From a bacterium (GTDB lineage Bacteria > Babelota > Babeliae > Babelales > RVW-14), in the NCBI GenBank assembly GCA_043822925.1, contig JBDRBF010000083.1:1-59569 (forward strand): 59,569 nucleotides of DNA, in the 5' to 3' direction. Positions 29,550 through 39,503 of this stretch are shown here, piece by piece. The translations under genes were made by a program, and so were the position numbers. Numbering within the stretch: position 1 is the stretch's first letter; the number at the start of each line of letters is the position of its first letter. A model generated the notes under the pieces. It saw only the letters and a list, made by a program, of their open reading frames with translations, was not told where the DNA came from and made no database searches.

Positions 29550-29825
29550 TTACGCTGTTTTTACTGTTTCTTTTGCTTTATCTTTGATTTTTGAGCATTT
29601 TTCTGAGATTTTTTTTCCAAAAGCTGAAAGTTTGTTTTTGCTTTTTTCTACTGTTTCGGTTGCTTTTTCTTTAACTTTTTCTTCGCATTTTTTAACAGCT
29701 TCTTCTGCTTTGTCTATGGCTTTCGTTGCGTCTTGGGCGATTTCTTTTTTGTTTATTTCAATATAAGAGCCAAAGATGTAGGGGCTTGAGAGAAGAGTAA
29801 GCGTAAATAGTATTGTTTTTTTCAT
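29550..29825 (-). CDS. Small secreted Lys/Glu/Ala-rich helical protein
   Basis: MKKTILFTLTLLSSPYIFG signal peptide after GGAG RBS; amphipathic KAxE repeats. Confidence 0.7.
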   Translation of the reverse strand: MKKTILFTLTLLSSPYIFGSYIEINKKEIAQDATKAIDKAEEAVKKCEEKVKEKATETVEKSKNKLSAFGKKISEKCSKIKDKAKETVKTA

Positions 29826-29951
29826 AGTAAACACTCCGTTATTAAGGATTTTCATAAATATTAACATAGCTATAATCTAATAGAATTTTGTTTCTTAGGC
29901 AACAAAATGGGGGGCTTTAGCGGGAAAATGTGATTATAATTCAGGTGTAAA

Positions 29952-30428
29952 TTATTTTCCGAAGCTTTTGTTTATTTTTGTGACAAACGTGTCGAGTAGG
30001 ACATGGCTAATAGCGCCGGCAATAAAGTATAAATATATGATAAGTGCAGGGTAAAAAAGCGCTTGGTTACCAAATGAAATATAAAGTAAGATAAATCCTG
30101 GCATACTCACTAAAAAACTTATGTTGTGAGTTAGTGTTCTGTGTTTCAATTGGGTTACCAGGAGAGCGAGTGCTGAGATAAGAAAAAATAGGGTCCAGTT
30201 CTCGAAAAATAGGGCGCCAAGTAAAAGTGCTGCGACCAGGATATAAAAGATGCGTTGGATTTTGCTTTTAAGGGCATCGATATCGGGAAAAACAGAGCCG
30301 AGTAAGCAAATAGCTAAACAGATAGGTATTTGCGCAGGGGTTGGCTTATCCCAAATATATTGGGTAATTTTAAGCATAACAAAAAAAGATGCAACTCCAC
30401 CAACGAGATGTGTTTTGTATGTTGGCAT
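29952..30428 (-). CDS. Membrane metal-dependent hydrolase (YdjM/LexA-binding family)
   Basis: YKTH, GSVFPDID, HRTLTH, SHVLLD motifs. Confidence 0.88.
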   Translation of the reverse strand: MPTYKTHLVGGVASFFVMLKITQYIWDKPTPAQIPICLAICLLGSVFPDIDALKSKIQRIFYILVAALLLGALFFENWTLFFLISALALLVTQLKHRTLTHNISFLVSMPGFILLYISFGNQALFYPALIIYLYFIAGAISHVLLDTFVTKINKSFGK

Positions 30429-30471
30429 ACTCTTTTCTCCTGCTCGCTAAATTTATTAATAAAATTTAGAA

Positions 30472-31911
30472 TTAAGCCTGTGCGCTTTTTGGTGTTAACC
30501 GAGCAAACTTTGTTCCTGGGTAATAAAAAGCGAGTACTTCTTTGAAGTCACATCCCTGTTTGACCATTTCTTGCGCGCCTAGTTGGCATAGTCCTAAGCA
30601 GTGCCCATAGCCAAAACCGCTTAATATAATATCATTTTTCTTTTTTTTCATTGTAAATACTTTGCTTTTTAATTTTTTTGTTAAGCATGAATTAAATTGG
30701 TTCGTGGTGATGACGGCATTTGCTCGAGAGCCAATAAGTTTTAGTGATTGTACGATGCCTGCTTTGTCTTTGTTTTTTATTTCAATATCTTTTATTATGC
30801 CAATTTTTTTGATGGTTTTTTTTAAGTTTGGATTTCTTTCTATTTGTGAGAAGAGTGTTTTTTCAGTAAAATTTCTTTCCCAGTGAGCATCTTTTTTATT
30901 TGCACAATATAGGCAGCGGTTCTTTCTGTACAAATAAGGGTTACAGCTGTCTTTTGTTTTTATGTTATCGGTAATGACTCCGCCACAACAAACGTCAAAC
31001 ATCGTGAGCGCAACTGTGTTGCGATACATAAGAATAAGATTGTGTGTATCTGAAACAGCTTCGCGTAAATGTGTTAATTGATGTGAGCCATTATAAACTT
31101 GGTGGATATTTGATGTTTTAATATCGTATGGCTGTTTTTTGTTTAGATTCCTGCTTTGTCGCATTTGATATATTGCATAGGTGCGTGAGATGATAGCTTG
31201 TACTTTGTGCATTTCCAGTGGCCAAAAAGGGAGACTTTCGCAGCCTAAAACAGCATAGATATAATCATCGATATTAAGTTTATTAATTATTAAAATTTTT
31301 TGGCTTTGTCTATCTATGTGTAGCGTCAGGGCGCCTTCGTACGCTTGATTGTTGAAAAAAATACGCCCTTGTTTGGGATAGATAGTTAACGAATCGTTTG
31401 TTACGTGGGAATATTTATTTTTTTTTGCATTATTATCAAGAAGATAGAGTTTGTTTTTTTCGATAGATAGCGTGAGTTTTTTTTCTGGATATTTTTGTTT
31501 GGGAATATCTTCTTGTTCGATTAGCAGTCCGTGTTTTGATGATAATGTGAAAATACTTTTGGGCAGAGCATCTTGTTCGTCTATGAGTACGCGAATATTC
31601 GGGCAAGATTGAGGGAGTGTAGTAATAGTCGGTTTTTCGGGTGTGTTTTTTTGTAATTTTTCTTGGATTGGTTCACAGGAGCTGTTTTGAGCGAGCTTAT
31701 GTGTATCGGGTGCTGTTTTTTTAGACGTGTGTTTTTTATGTTTAGGTGTTTGTTTGTTTTTTTGTTCTTTAATTATAGTTAGGGGGCATGGCAGATCTCT
31801 GAGTATTATTTCTTGGGGAGCTGTTTTTTGTTTGAGATTATGTTTGTGTCTTGTTTTTTTTGCAAAACTACTGCTCGTAAATAAAAATACAAAACATATT
31901 AAAGTGCGCAT
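30472..31911 (-). CDS. SpoIID/LytB domain protein
   Basis: YIYAVLGCE, KVQAIISRTYA, HQVY, GFGYGHCLGLCQLGA, FYYPG; signal peptide from ATG 31911. Confidence 0.9.
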   Translation of the reverse strand: MRTLICFVFLFTSSSFAKKTRHKHNLKQKTAPQEIILRDLPCPLTIIKEQKNKQTPKHKKHTSKKTAPDTHKLAQNSSCEPIQEKLQKNTPEKPTITTLPQSCPNIRVLIDEQDALPKSIFTLSSKHGLLIEQEDIPKQKYPEKKLTLSIEKNKLYLLDNNAKKNKYSHVTNDSLTIYPKQGRIFFNNQAYEGALTLHIDRQSQKILIINKLNIDDYIYAVLGCESLPFWPLEMHKVQAIISRTYAIYQMRQSRNLNKKQPYDIKTSNIHQVYNGSHQLTHLREAVSDTHNLILMYRNTVALTMFDVCCGGVITDNIKTKDSCNPYLYRKNRCLYCANKKDAHWERNFTEKTLFSQIERNPNLKKTIKKIGIIKDIEIKNKDKAGIVQSLKLIGSRANAVITTNQFNSCLTKKLKSKVFTMKKKKNDIILSGFGYGHCLGLCQLGAQEMVKQGCDFKEVLAFYYPGTKFARLTPKSAQA

Positions 31912-31945
31912 TATAAATAATATATTCACGAAATATCTTTTTTGG

Positions 31946-32443
31946 TTAAAGGGGAAGACGGTGATCTGTCGCAAATTTCAAAAGCTTTTGAGGGATTTTG
32001 ACTTTTTTATCTATAGCTTGGTTGGCAAGAGCATCAGCTGCAACGTTTTTATGTCTGAGTACATGTTTGAATTGGGGCGAAATATCTTGTAGTAAGAAAT
32101 CGATGCTCTGCTTAATTTGAGCAAGTACGTGATCTTTTACTTTATATTTTCCGGTCATTTGTCGTACAATAAGCTCAGAATCGAGAACAAAAAAAACGAT
32201 AGGTTGCTGATCTTGTTCGTTAAGTAAATTTTTTATCAAAAATGCCGCAAAAGCAAGTGCAAGATATTCTGCCTGATTATTTGTCTTTTGTCCAAGATAA
32301 AAAGATTCTTGTAAAAGTATCGAGCCATCGATTGTTATTGCATAAATTCCAGCCCCTGAAGGGCCAGGATTTCCCCTACAGGCGCCATCGGTGTATACGA
32401 GCCATGTTTGATGCGTTGTTTTTTTATCAAGTTTTGTGGTCAT
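31946..32443 (-). CDS. rnhA: Ribonuclease HI
   Basis: YTDGACRGNPG, TNNQAEY, DSELIVRQM, NVAADALAN. Confidence 0.94.
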   Translation of the reverse strand: MTTKLDKKTTHQTWLVYTDGACRGNPGPSGAGIYAITIDGSILLQESFYLGQKTNNQAEYLALAFAAFLIKNLLNEQDQQPIVFFVLDSELIVRQMTGKYKVKDHVLAQIKQSIDFLLQDISPQFKHVLRHKNVAADALANQAIDKKVKIPQKLLKFATDHRLPL

Positions 32444-32450
32444 ATTTGTT

Positions 32451-33188
32451 TTAAAATGTCGCCTTGGTTGATTCTTTTTCTTCTTCGGCGTCGTAATATA
32501 AGAAACGATAGCAACTGCGACAGTGCAGTAATTCGGATTTTTTAAGTCGGTATAAATCTTGTTGCAGTACGGAATAAAAACAGGCGCTGCAGCTATTATT
32601 TATCATTGGTACAATTGGATCTGGCACACTGTTTTTCATGCGTTCGTAACGTATCAGCCAGTCAGCAGGAATATGTTTTATAGCTGTTAAGCGTTGCTCT
32701 TCAAGAAGGCCTAATGCTATTTCTTCTGTTTTTATTATTTCTGTTTTTGTTTCGATCTCTTTATTTAGTTCTTCAATTTTTAGTGTATTTTGTTCTTGTT
32801 CTTGGGCGTATTTTTTTTCAGCTTGTTCTAGGTGTCCCCAGCTTGAGATAAGAGCATCTTCTTGTTCGGTTAATTCTTTGCTGATAGACGCAAGTTCTTT
32901 TTCAGTTGCTACATATTCTTTTTGATTTGAGGCTTTATCCAGATGTTTTCGGCTTATATTTTCTCGTTCTTTAATTTCTTGCGCAAATTTTTCTTGTTGA
33001 GAAACGTTTTTTCGCTGTTTTTCGCAAAATTGTTTTTTCTCTTCTATTAATGCGTGTAATTGCGTTATAAGTGATTGATTACGTGTTATGACATAGGTAG
33101 TGTTTTTTATTGATTCTTTTTTTTCGAATAAGCCCTTGTCTGAAGAGACCAAAGCTTTAAGATTTTCCCAAGGAGCTTTAGTTTCCAT
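32451..33188 (-). CDS. Coiled-coil protein with C4 zinc ribbon (CT398/DUF164-like)
   Basis: Long coiled coil followed by CSAC...CRSC; adjacent to rnhA. Confidence 0.85.
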   Translation of the reverse strand: METKAPWENLKALVSSDKGLFEKKESIKNTTYVITRNQSLITQLHALIEEKKQFCEKQRKNVSQQEKFAQEIKERENISRKHLDKASNQKEYVATEKELASISKELTEQEDALISSWGHLEQAEKKYAQEQEQNTLKIEELNKEIETKTEIIKTEEIALGLLEEQRLTAIKHIPADWLIRYERMKNSVPDPIVPMINNSCSACFYSVLQQDLYRLKKSELLHCRSCYRFLYYDAEEEKESTKATF

Positions 33189-33265
33189 AATTCTCCTTAT
33201 TATTTTTAAGTAGAAGTTGCTGGATCCTGAACATATTTTTCTTTGACATGTCTTCTTCTTGAGTA

Positions 33266-33342
33266 TGGTGGGCCCACCAGGACTTGAACCTGGGACCTTT
33301 CGGTTATGAGCCGACCGCTCTAACCAACTGAGCTATGGGCCC
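33266..33342 (-). tRNA. tRNA with CAT anticodon, most likely tRNA-Ile2 (lysidine)
   Basis: GGGCCCATAGCTCAGTTGGTTAGAGC...CTCATAA...GTTCAAGTCC...GGGCCCACCA; paired G1-C72 and no triple G-C anticodon stem, so not the initiator. Confidence 0.92.
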
Positions 33343-33372
33343 GCCAAATTTTCTGATCAAGTTGAGATAAGT

Positions 33373-34392
33373 TTAAAGCAACTTTGTTTGATTGTGAAGC
33401 AAAAACTCTTTTAGTCTTACAGAATATCCAAATTCGTTATCATACCAGGCAAAAACTTTTCCCATATGTTCGTTTGCCTGTGTGAGTAGTGTGTCGACAA
33501 TAGACGAATAACTATTGCCAGTAAAATCAGACGAAACTAATGGTAATGCGCTACAGGTGAGAATATTCTTGAGCGACCCATTTGCGGCTTTTTCAAAAGC
33601 TCTATTTATGTCGTCTCTTGTGATGTTTTCTTTTGTGACAAAAGAAAAATCGGTTAAAGAAACAATTGGAACAGGCACACGTATGGCTGTCGCGTTTAGT
33701 TTGCCTTTTAGTTCGGGGAAAATTTGCGTGATAACATCGCCAGCGCCTGTTTTTGTGGGAATCATATTTGTGGCTGCGCAGCGAGCACGGCGTGGATCTT
33801 TGTGCGCGTTATCAAGTAAGCGTTGATCGCTTGTGTAGGCATGTATCGTTGTCATGGAACCAGATAAAAGTGTGAAATTTTCTTTAATTATTTTTACAAG
33901 TGGGGCAAAACAGTTTGTTGTGCAGCTCCCCATAGAAATTATGGCATGTTTTGTTTTGTCGTAAGCATCGTCGTTTACGCCGGGAATAATAGTAACGTCA
34001 GCATCTTTTGACGGCGCAGTTATTAATACTTTTTTGCAGCCGGCTTGAATGTGTTTTGATGCTTTTTCATGAGACGTAAAGCAACCAGATGCTTCGAGTA
34101 CCCAATCTATTTCGAGTTTTTTCCATGGTAAGTTTTGGGCATCTTGCTCAGCTAGAAGTAATATCTCATGATTATTTATGGCGAGCCTATTATTTTTATG
34201 TTCGACCGTTCCGGCAAATTGACCCATGACTGAGTCGTATTTAAATAAAAGATCGAGCTGCGAGCTTGCGTGTGGTCCTTCGTTGATTGCAACAATAGTA
34301 ATTTGTGAAGCAGCTTGTTTATCTTGCATAAGTGCTCGCAAAAAAGTTCGGCCGATGCGCCCGAACCCATTTATTGCTATTCTTATCGCCAT
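33373..34392 (-). CDS. gap: Type I glyceraldehyde-3-phosphate dehydrogenase
   Basis: INGFGRIGR, SCTTNC, WYDNE. Confidence 0.97.
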   Translation of the reverse strand: MAIRIAINGFGRIGRTFLRALMQDKQAASQITIVAINEGPHASSQLDLLFKYDSVMGQFAGTVEHKNNRLAINNHEILLLAEQDAQNLPWKKLEIDWVLEASGCFTSHEKASKHIQAGCKKVLITAPSKDADVTIIPGVNDDAYDKTKHAIISMGSCTTNCFAPLVKIIKENFTLLSGSMTTIHAYTSDQRLLDNAHKDPRRARCAATNMIPTKTGAGDVITQIFPELKGKLNATAIRVPVPIVSLTDFSFVTKENITRDDINRAFEKAANGSLKNILTCSALPLVSSDFTGNSYSSIVDTLLTQANEHMGKVFAWYDNEFGYSVRLKEFLLHNQTKLL

Positions 34393-34426
34393 AAAGCTTT
34401 TCTTTCTTAATTAATGCGTATCGATT

Positions 34427-35548
34427 TTAAATTTTATATTCTTTGAGATATTTAACCAATTCTTTTACGCCTTCTTTTGAGCGTGTGTTAATGCAAACAT
34501 ATGGTTCGTACGTAGTAAACTCTTTTTTGAGCGCGTCTATGATTTCTGGTTTTTCTGGATCAAGTTTGTCCATTTTATTAAAAACATAGAGCATGGGCTG
34601 TTTTACGTGGAGCTCTTCAAGCGTTTTTTGTACGACGCGAATTTGATCTTGCCATGCAGGATTACTCGCATCTACAACATGTATTAAAAGTGTTGCAAAA
34701 TGAAGCTCATCAAGTGTTGATTTAAATGCTTCAATAAGCGTGTGTGGTAAGTTGCTGATAAAACCTACGGTGTCAGACATGAGAAATCTTTTTTCTTTAT
34801 CGAGAAAGAATTCTCGTGTTGTTGTATCAAGTGTTGCAAAAAGTTTGTCTTCAGCCAGTACCGAGCTTTTTGTTAGCTGATTAAGCAAGCTTGATTTTCC
34901 TGAGTTTGTGTACCCAATAATACACAGAAGTGGGATTTTTGATTTAAGCCGTTGTTGTCTTTGTGTATCGCGAGATTTTTGGAGTCGTTCCAGTTTTCTG
35001 TGTGCTTGTTTTAATTTTTCTCCAAAATGACGTCTAATTTCTTCGGTGATCGTTTCGCCGGGGCCACGGGTTCCAAAATATCCAGCTTGTTGTGCAAAAT
35101 CTTTACCTTTTCCCAGTAAGCGTGTGCGTTGAAATTGCATTTCTGCCATTTCGATTTGAATTTTGCCTTCAGATGTTTGTGCCGTATTTTTGAAAATTTC
35201 TAGAATTAATTTTTCTCGGTCAAATATCGCGCAATCAAGTGTATCTTCAAGGTTTCGTTCTTGTAGTGGGGACAGAGGCTCTGAAAATAAAATTTCTTCA
35301 AAGTCGTGTTCTTGGCAATAATCTGCAAGTTCTTGTAATTTGCCTTTAGTTAAAAATGTATTTTTGTCTACTTCTCGTAGTTTCATAAACAGGCTGTCGT
35401 CGTACTGGAGTCCCCTGGTTTTAATTAAGTTTAAAAACTCTTCAAAATAGTGGTCCATGCTTCTAATTGGATTATACGGCGTGTAAACACCGACGATGAG
35501 CATTTTTGGACGTAGGTCTGAAAGTAACATTGGCTTCTTAGATGCCAT
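34427..35548 (-). CDS. hflX: GTPase HflX
   Basis: RGPGE, GYTNSGKS, LFATLD, DTVGFI, NKMD. Confidence 0.97.
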   Translation of the reverse strand: MASKKPMLLSDLRPKMLIVGVYTPYNPIRSMDHYFEEFLNLIKTRGLQYDDSLFMKLREVDKNTFLTKGKLQELADYCQEHDFEEILFSEPLSPLQERNLEDTLDCAIFDREKLILEIFKNTAQTSEGKIQIEMAEMQFQRTRLLGKGKDFAQQAGYFGTRGPGETITEEIRRHFGEKLKQAHRKLERLQKSRDTQRQQRLKSKIPLLCIIGYTNSGKSSLLNQLTKSSVLAEDKLFATLDTTTREFFLDKEKRFLMSDTVGFISNLPHTLIEAFKSTLDELHFATLLIHVVDASNPAWQDQIRVVQKTLEELHVKQPMLYVFNKMDKLDPEKPEIIDALKKEFTTYEPYVCINTRSKEGVKELVKYLKEYKI

Positions 35549-35615
35549 TGGGAACCTCTGTAGTTATACTTTTTGTTATCCTGGACTTTTGAGCCCTGTC
35601 TTTTCTGAGCCTGAT

Positions 35616-36164
35616 TCAGTGTTGTAATAGTTCTAAAATGGCTTTGCCGAATATACGTGCATATTGTGGCCCTTGGCTGGTGATGACTTTTTCATCAGGC
35701 AAAGTAACGCATTCTTCATCAACAAATATTACGTCGTTATCTTCGAATATTTCAAGCGCTTCATTGCTTGGGTATACGGTTGCTCGTTTATTTCGTAAGA
35801 TTCCTGTTTGAGCCAATACGACGCATGCATGACAAATGGCAGCAACAATTTTTTCGTTATCATGAAAATAATTGACAACATCGATAACATCTTCGTTGTC
35901 CCACAGGTATTCTGTGCAGCCTTGGCCTCCTGGGATAACCAGTGCATCGTATTTATCAAAATCTTGTGGTCCCATTTCAGCAAGAATTTTGTTGGGGGTA
36001 TGTTGATACCCAAATTTGCCGGTCGCTATATTACGTGATGTAAGTCCTGCAACGTCGACATGATGTCCTTCGGTGAGTAGCATTTCATATGGTTCAAGAA
36101 ATTCAGTATCTTGAAAATCGTTAGGCATAAGAATAAATAAAATTCGTTTTACGTTTAAGCTCAT
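35616..36164 (-). CDS. DJ-1/PfpI family protein
   Basis: FQDTE, ALVIPGG, AAICHA. Confidence 0.92.
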   Translation of the reverse strand: MSLNVKRILFILMPNDFQDTEFLEPYEMLLTEGHHVDVAGLTSRNIATGKFGYQHTPNKILAEMGPQDFDKYDALVIPGGQGCTEYLWDNEDVIDVVNYFHDNEKIVAAICHACVVLAQTGILRNKRATVYPSNEALEIFEDNDVIFVDEECVTLPDEKVITSQGPQYARIFGKAILELLQH

Positions 36165-36276
36165 GAGGAGCACCTTTCTTCAAATAATTTACACATACAA
36201 CTTTGAAGACAGTTTCGATTCACAAAGCATACTGGTAAAAAGAAGAACTGGCAAAAAAAGCGGCAAAAAACAGGCG

Positions 36277-36960
36277 TTATTTTACATCTTTTTTGTGCAA
36301 AATGAGCACATGGCGTGTTTTTTGTCCGTTTTCATAAAAGAAGCCGGTATCTTGAAACCCAAACTTTTTAAGAGCATGATAGCTTCGTTGATTCCAGAGT
36401 CTGACATGTGCGATATAAGAGTCTTCGTTTTTTAGGGCAAAATAGACTTGAGAAATTAGTTTTGTAGCCTCTTGCATGCGACCGCTGCCCCAATAATTTT
36501 CGTTAACCCATACTCCAAATTGGCCTAAATCGTTGGGGTCTGGGTCTCTGATATCGATAAAACCAATTAATTTGTTTTCTTTGTTATCAAAAATACAGTA
36601 CATGACGACAGTCCCAGTTTTTTCTTTTTTGAGTTCGGCTTTTAGTTCGTTTATTGTCCAATCGAGTGTGATATTCTTGGGCCACTCAAGACCCTTGCGC
36701 ACGGTGTTGGAAAGCATATTGTGATAATCTAGAAAATATTCAGGTTTAAGCTTTTTGAGTGTTATTTTTTTTCCGGTAACTATTTCGGGCGTAACTAAGA
36801 GTTTTTCGAATTGTTGGGCTGGGAAAAATACGTGTATCGCCAGGTATGACGCCGCTGAAAGCGTTATAATAAGTGTCGTTAAAATAAGTGAACGTTTTTT
36901 ATTAATATATATACGCTTTTTTGTTGTTAGATCTGTTTCTGGTTGTAAGTTTTCTGACAT
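36277..36960 (-). CDS. RimJ/RimL-type GNAT acetyltransferase with N-terminal membrane anchor
   Basis: One TM segment, then YWGSG and NQRSYHALKKFGF GNAT motifs. Confidence 0.85.
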   Translation of the reverse strand: MSENLQPETDLTTKKRIYINKKRSLILTTLIITLSAASYLAIHVFFPAQQFEKLLVTPEIVTGKKITLKKLKPEYFLDYHNMLSNTVRKGLEWPKNITLDWTINELKAELKKEKTGTVVMYCIFDNKENKLIGFIDIRDPDPNDLGQFGVWVNENYWGSGRMQEATKLISQVYFALKNEDSYIAHVRLWNQRSYHALKKFGFQDTGFFYENGQKTRHVLILHKKDVK

Positions 36961-37132
36961 TATCTCTCCTGATTTTTGTTAAATTATATTTTTTGGGGCT
37001 ATTATTATGTCCCATTTTTAATGGTATTTAAGATGGGGATATAATTCAAGAGTTTAGGTTTTAAGCATGCTTATATTTTTATAGTTATAATATTATTGTA
37101 AATATAAAGCGTGTCGGTTTGCAGTTTTAGAA

Positions 37133-38695
37133 TTATAAGGGGATATTGCCGTGTTTTTTCTTTGGTATATGCTCGATTTTATTATCGGTGATATTAAGTG
37201 CTTTAATTAAAGATTCACGAGTCATGTTTGGTTCAATAATCGCATCGATATACCCAGATTGTGCCGCTATAAATGGGTTTAAAAATTCTTGGTCATACTC
37301 TTTTTCAAGTGTGTATCTTGTTTGGGCTCGGGTCTCTTCAGGTTCGAGTGCTATTTTTTTGCCATGCAAAATAGTAATGGCAGCCGATGCGCCCAGAACT
37401 GCTATTTGAGCAGATGGCCAGGCGAAATTAAAATCAGCGCCAAGTTCTTTGCTGCCCATGACAATATAGGCTCCGCCGAACGCTTTGCGTAATATTACAG
37501 TAATTTTGGGCACGGTAGCGCTTGCATAGGCATAGAGAAGCTTTGCCCCGTGCTTGATAATCCCGTGATGCTCTTGGTCAATGCCAGGTAAAAAGCCAGG
37601 GACATCGACTAGTGATATGATTGGGATATCAAAGCTATCGCAAAAACGTATAAATCGGGCCGCTTTTACTGATGCGTCTATGTCTATTGTTCCTGCTTTA
37701 ATTATGGGCTGGTTAGCGACTATGCCCACTGTTTTATTATCGAGTTTCGCTAGTCCGGTAATTATATTTGGTGCGAATATTTCTTGAATTTCAAAAAACG
37801 TGTGTGCATCGCATATGTGTGAAATTATGTGCTTCATGTCATATGCTTTGTTCATGTTATTTGAAACTATGTTGGTCAGGTCAGCTTTGGATCCCGGATC
37901 TAATATAGGACGACAAAATTCTTGGGCTTGTTCTGTGTTGTTATTGTGCGAAGTATCCAGGTAGTTGCTGGGCAAAAGATAAAGCAAAGACTTAAGCTTT
38001 TCGAATGCTTCGTCCTCTGTTTGCGTAATAATATGTGCTACGCCTGATTTTGGACCGTGAACTGAGCAGCCACCTAGTTCTTCCATCGTAATTTCTTGAT
38101 GTAAAGCCTGCTTGATAACTTGGGGCCCGGTAATAAACATATTGCTTATTTGTTTTGTCATAAATACAAAGTCTGTCAGTGCTGGTGAGTAGGCAGCACC
38201 GCCGGCGCATGGGCCTAAAATAAGCGATATTTGTGGGATAACTCCGGAGTAACGTACGTTTCTTGAGAATATTTGGCCGTATCCAGCCAGAGCATGAATG
38301 CCTTCGTCGATGCGCGCTCCGCCAGAATCTATAATGCCAATAATAGGACAGCCAATTTTAGCAGCCAGGTCCATTATTTTACATATTTTTTCGGCATGGC
38401 GTTTGCCTAAAGATCCGCCTTTGAGTGTGAAATCTTGGGCGTATATCGCTACTTTTTTATTATTTATCGTGCCAAAGCCGGTAATAACACCGTCTGTATA
38501 GAATGGTTGATCTAAGAATGGGGATAGTGCGAGTAAGTCTGTTTCTTGAAAGCTTTTTGGATCGAGAATTTTATCAAGACGTTCTCGCGCCATGCTTTTT
38601 CCCGTTTTTTTTTGATGTTCTTGATGTTTTGCATCAGCAGGATTAAAGGCCAAATGTTCTTTTGTTTTCCATGGATCTTGCGTCGCGTGGCTCAT
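37133..38695 (-). CDS. Acyl-CoA carboxylase carboxyltransferase (beta) subunit
   Basis: DFTLKGGSLG, DSGGARIDEG, GPCAGG, DVPGFLPG, KKHGNIPL. Confidence 0.95.
   Translation of the reverse strand: MSHATQDPWKTKEHLAFNPADAKHQEHQKKTGKSMARERLDKILDPKSFQETDLLALSPFLDQPFYTDGVITGFGTINNKKVAIYAQDFTLKGGSLGKRHAEKICKIMDLAAKIGCPIIGIIDSGGARIDEGIHALAGYGQIFSRNVRYSGVIPQISLILGPCAGGAAYSPALTDFVFMTKQISNMFITGPQVIKQALHQEITMEELGGCSVHGPKSGVAHIITQTEDEAFEKLKSLLYLLPSNYLDTSHNNNTEQAQEFCRPILDPGSKADLTNIVSNNMNKAYDMKHIISHICDAHTFFEIQEIFAPNIITGLAKLDNKTVGIVANQPIIKAGTIDIDASVKAARFIRFCDSFDIPIISLVDVPGFLPGIDQEHHGIIKHGAKLLYAYASATVPKITVILRKAFGGAYIVMGSKELGADFNFAWPSAQIAVLGASAAITILHGKKIALEPEETRAQTRYTLEKEYDQEFLNPFIAAQSGYIDAIIEPNMTRESLIKALNITDNKIEHIPKKKHGNIPL
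37889..37914 (-). repeat. Degenerate palindromic element in frame within the carboxyltransferase
   Basis: gtcgtcctatattagatccgggatcc matches the fabF-embedded element at 20/26; encodes CRPILDPGS. Confidence 0.6.
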
Positions 38696-38951
38696 AATGG
38701 TATATTTTTAATGGTTTTTTTTATGGGTTACAGTACAGTATTTATGTCTGATTTTAAATGTAAAGAGAACAGAGTATATCACAAAAAAAAAATAGATATA
38801 CGAATAGATGCCTAAGCGTGTTCAGCATGACAAAAATAATACGCTTTAAAAGTGCATTGACATTGCTTTTATTTTCATATTGTATAAAAGTTGTAGAAAA
38901 GAGGTCTGGTTCAACCAAAAAAGGCTTGGTTTGGAGTTGAGGAGCAAAGAG

Positions 38952-39503
38952 GTGAGTGAGGAGAGAAAGCAAACGAGTGCCAGTGTTGCTTGGTATAAGT
39001 TGTCTGTTCTTATTATGCGCCGCGAGCGGGAAAAAGCCCTAAATGTATATCGCCTCCTAGCTCATTCGCTCGATGATAAGGCGTATGCGCTGCAACTCGA
39101 GGGTGATATTTTGTGGTTTTTGGACGACAGAGACGCTTCAGAAAAATATAAACAAGCAGCTTTTTTATATAAAAAAGAAAAACGGTGGGTTGATGCTATC
39201 GCTGTTTGTAACCATTTATTGACCATAGATCCAGGCAGTAGCGAACTTATTTCGACATTATTAAGTTTATACGTGCTTACAGACTGGCAGGATCGATTTT
39301 CGATCGAACTTAAGCATGTTTTTGAAAAATATGATAAACGTACACTTTCTCATGACGAAGTTTTACGTATTATGCGCGGGCTTGTGACGTTTATACGTGA
39401 AGAGTTTTTTGATACAAAAAAAGACTGGGTTTTTACTTCTATTAAATCCAATATTTCTGGTGCCGAACCTGATTTGGTTGAACAAATTAGTAAGCTTTTT
39501 TAA
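38952..39503 (+). CDS. Hypothetical TPR-like helical protein
   Basis: Probable GTG start at 38952; AYALQLEGDIL...ASEKYKQAAFLY TPR-like pattern. Confidence 0.7.
   Translation: MSEERKQTSASVAWYKLSVLIMRREREKALNVYRLLAHSLDDKAYALQLEGDILWFLDDRDASEKYKQAAFLYKKEKRWVDAIAVCNHLLTIDPGSSELISTLLSLYVLTDWQDRFSIELKHVFEKYDKRTLSHDEVLRIMRGLVTFIREEFFDTKKDWVFTSIKSNISGAEPDLVEQISKLF

Noticed and set aside
33266-33342. tRNA as initiator Met, or tRNAs as island integration sites
   Set aside because: No C1:A72 mismatch or triple G-C anticodon stem; no duplicated tRNA 3' end or integrase seen near either tRNA.
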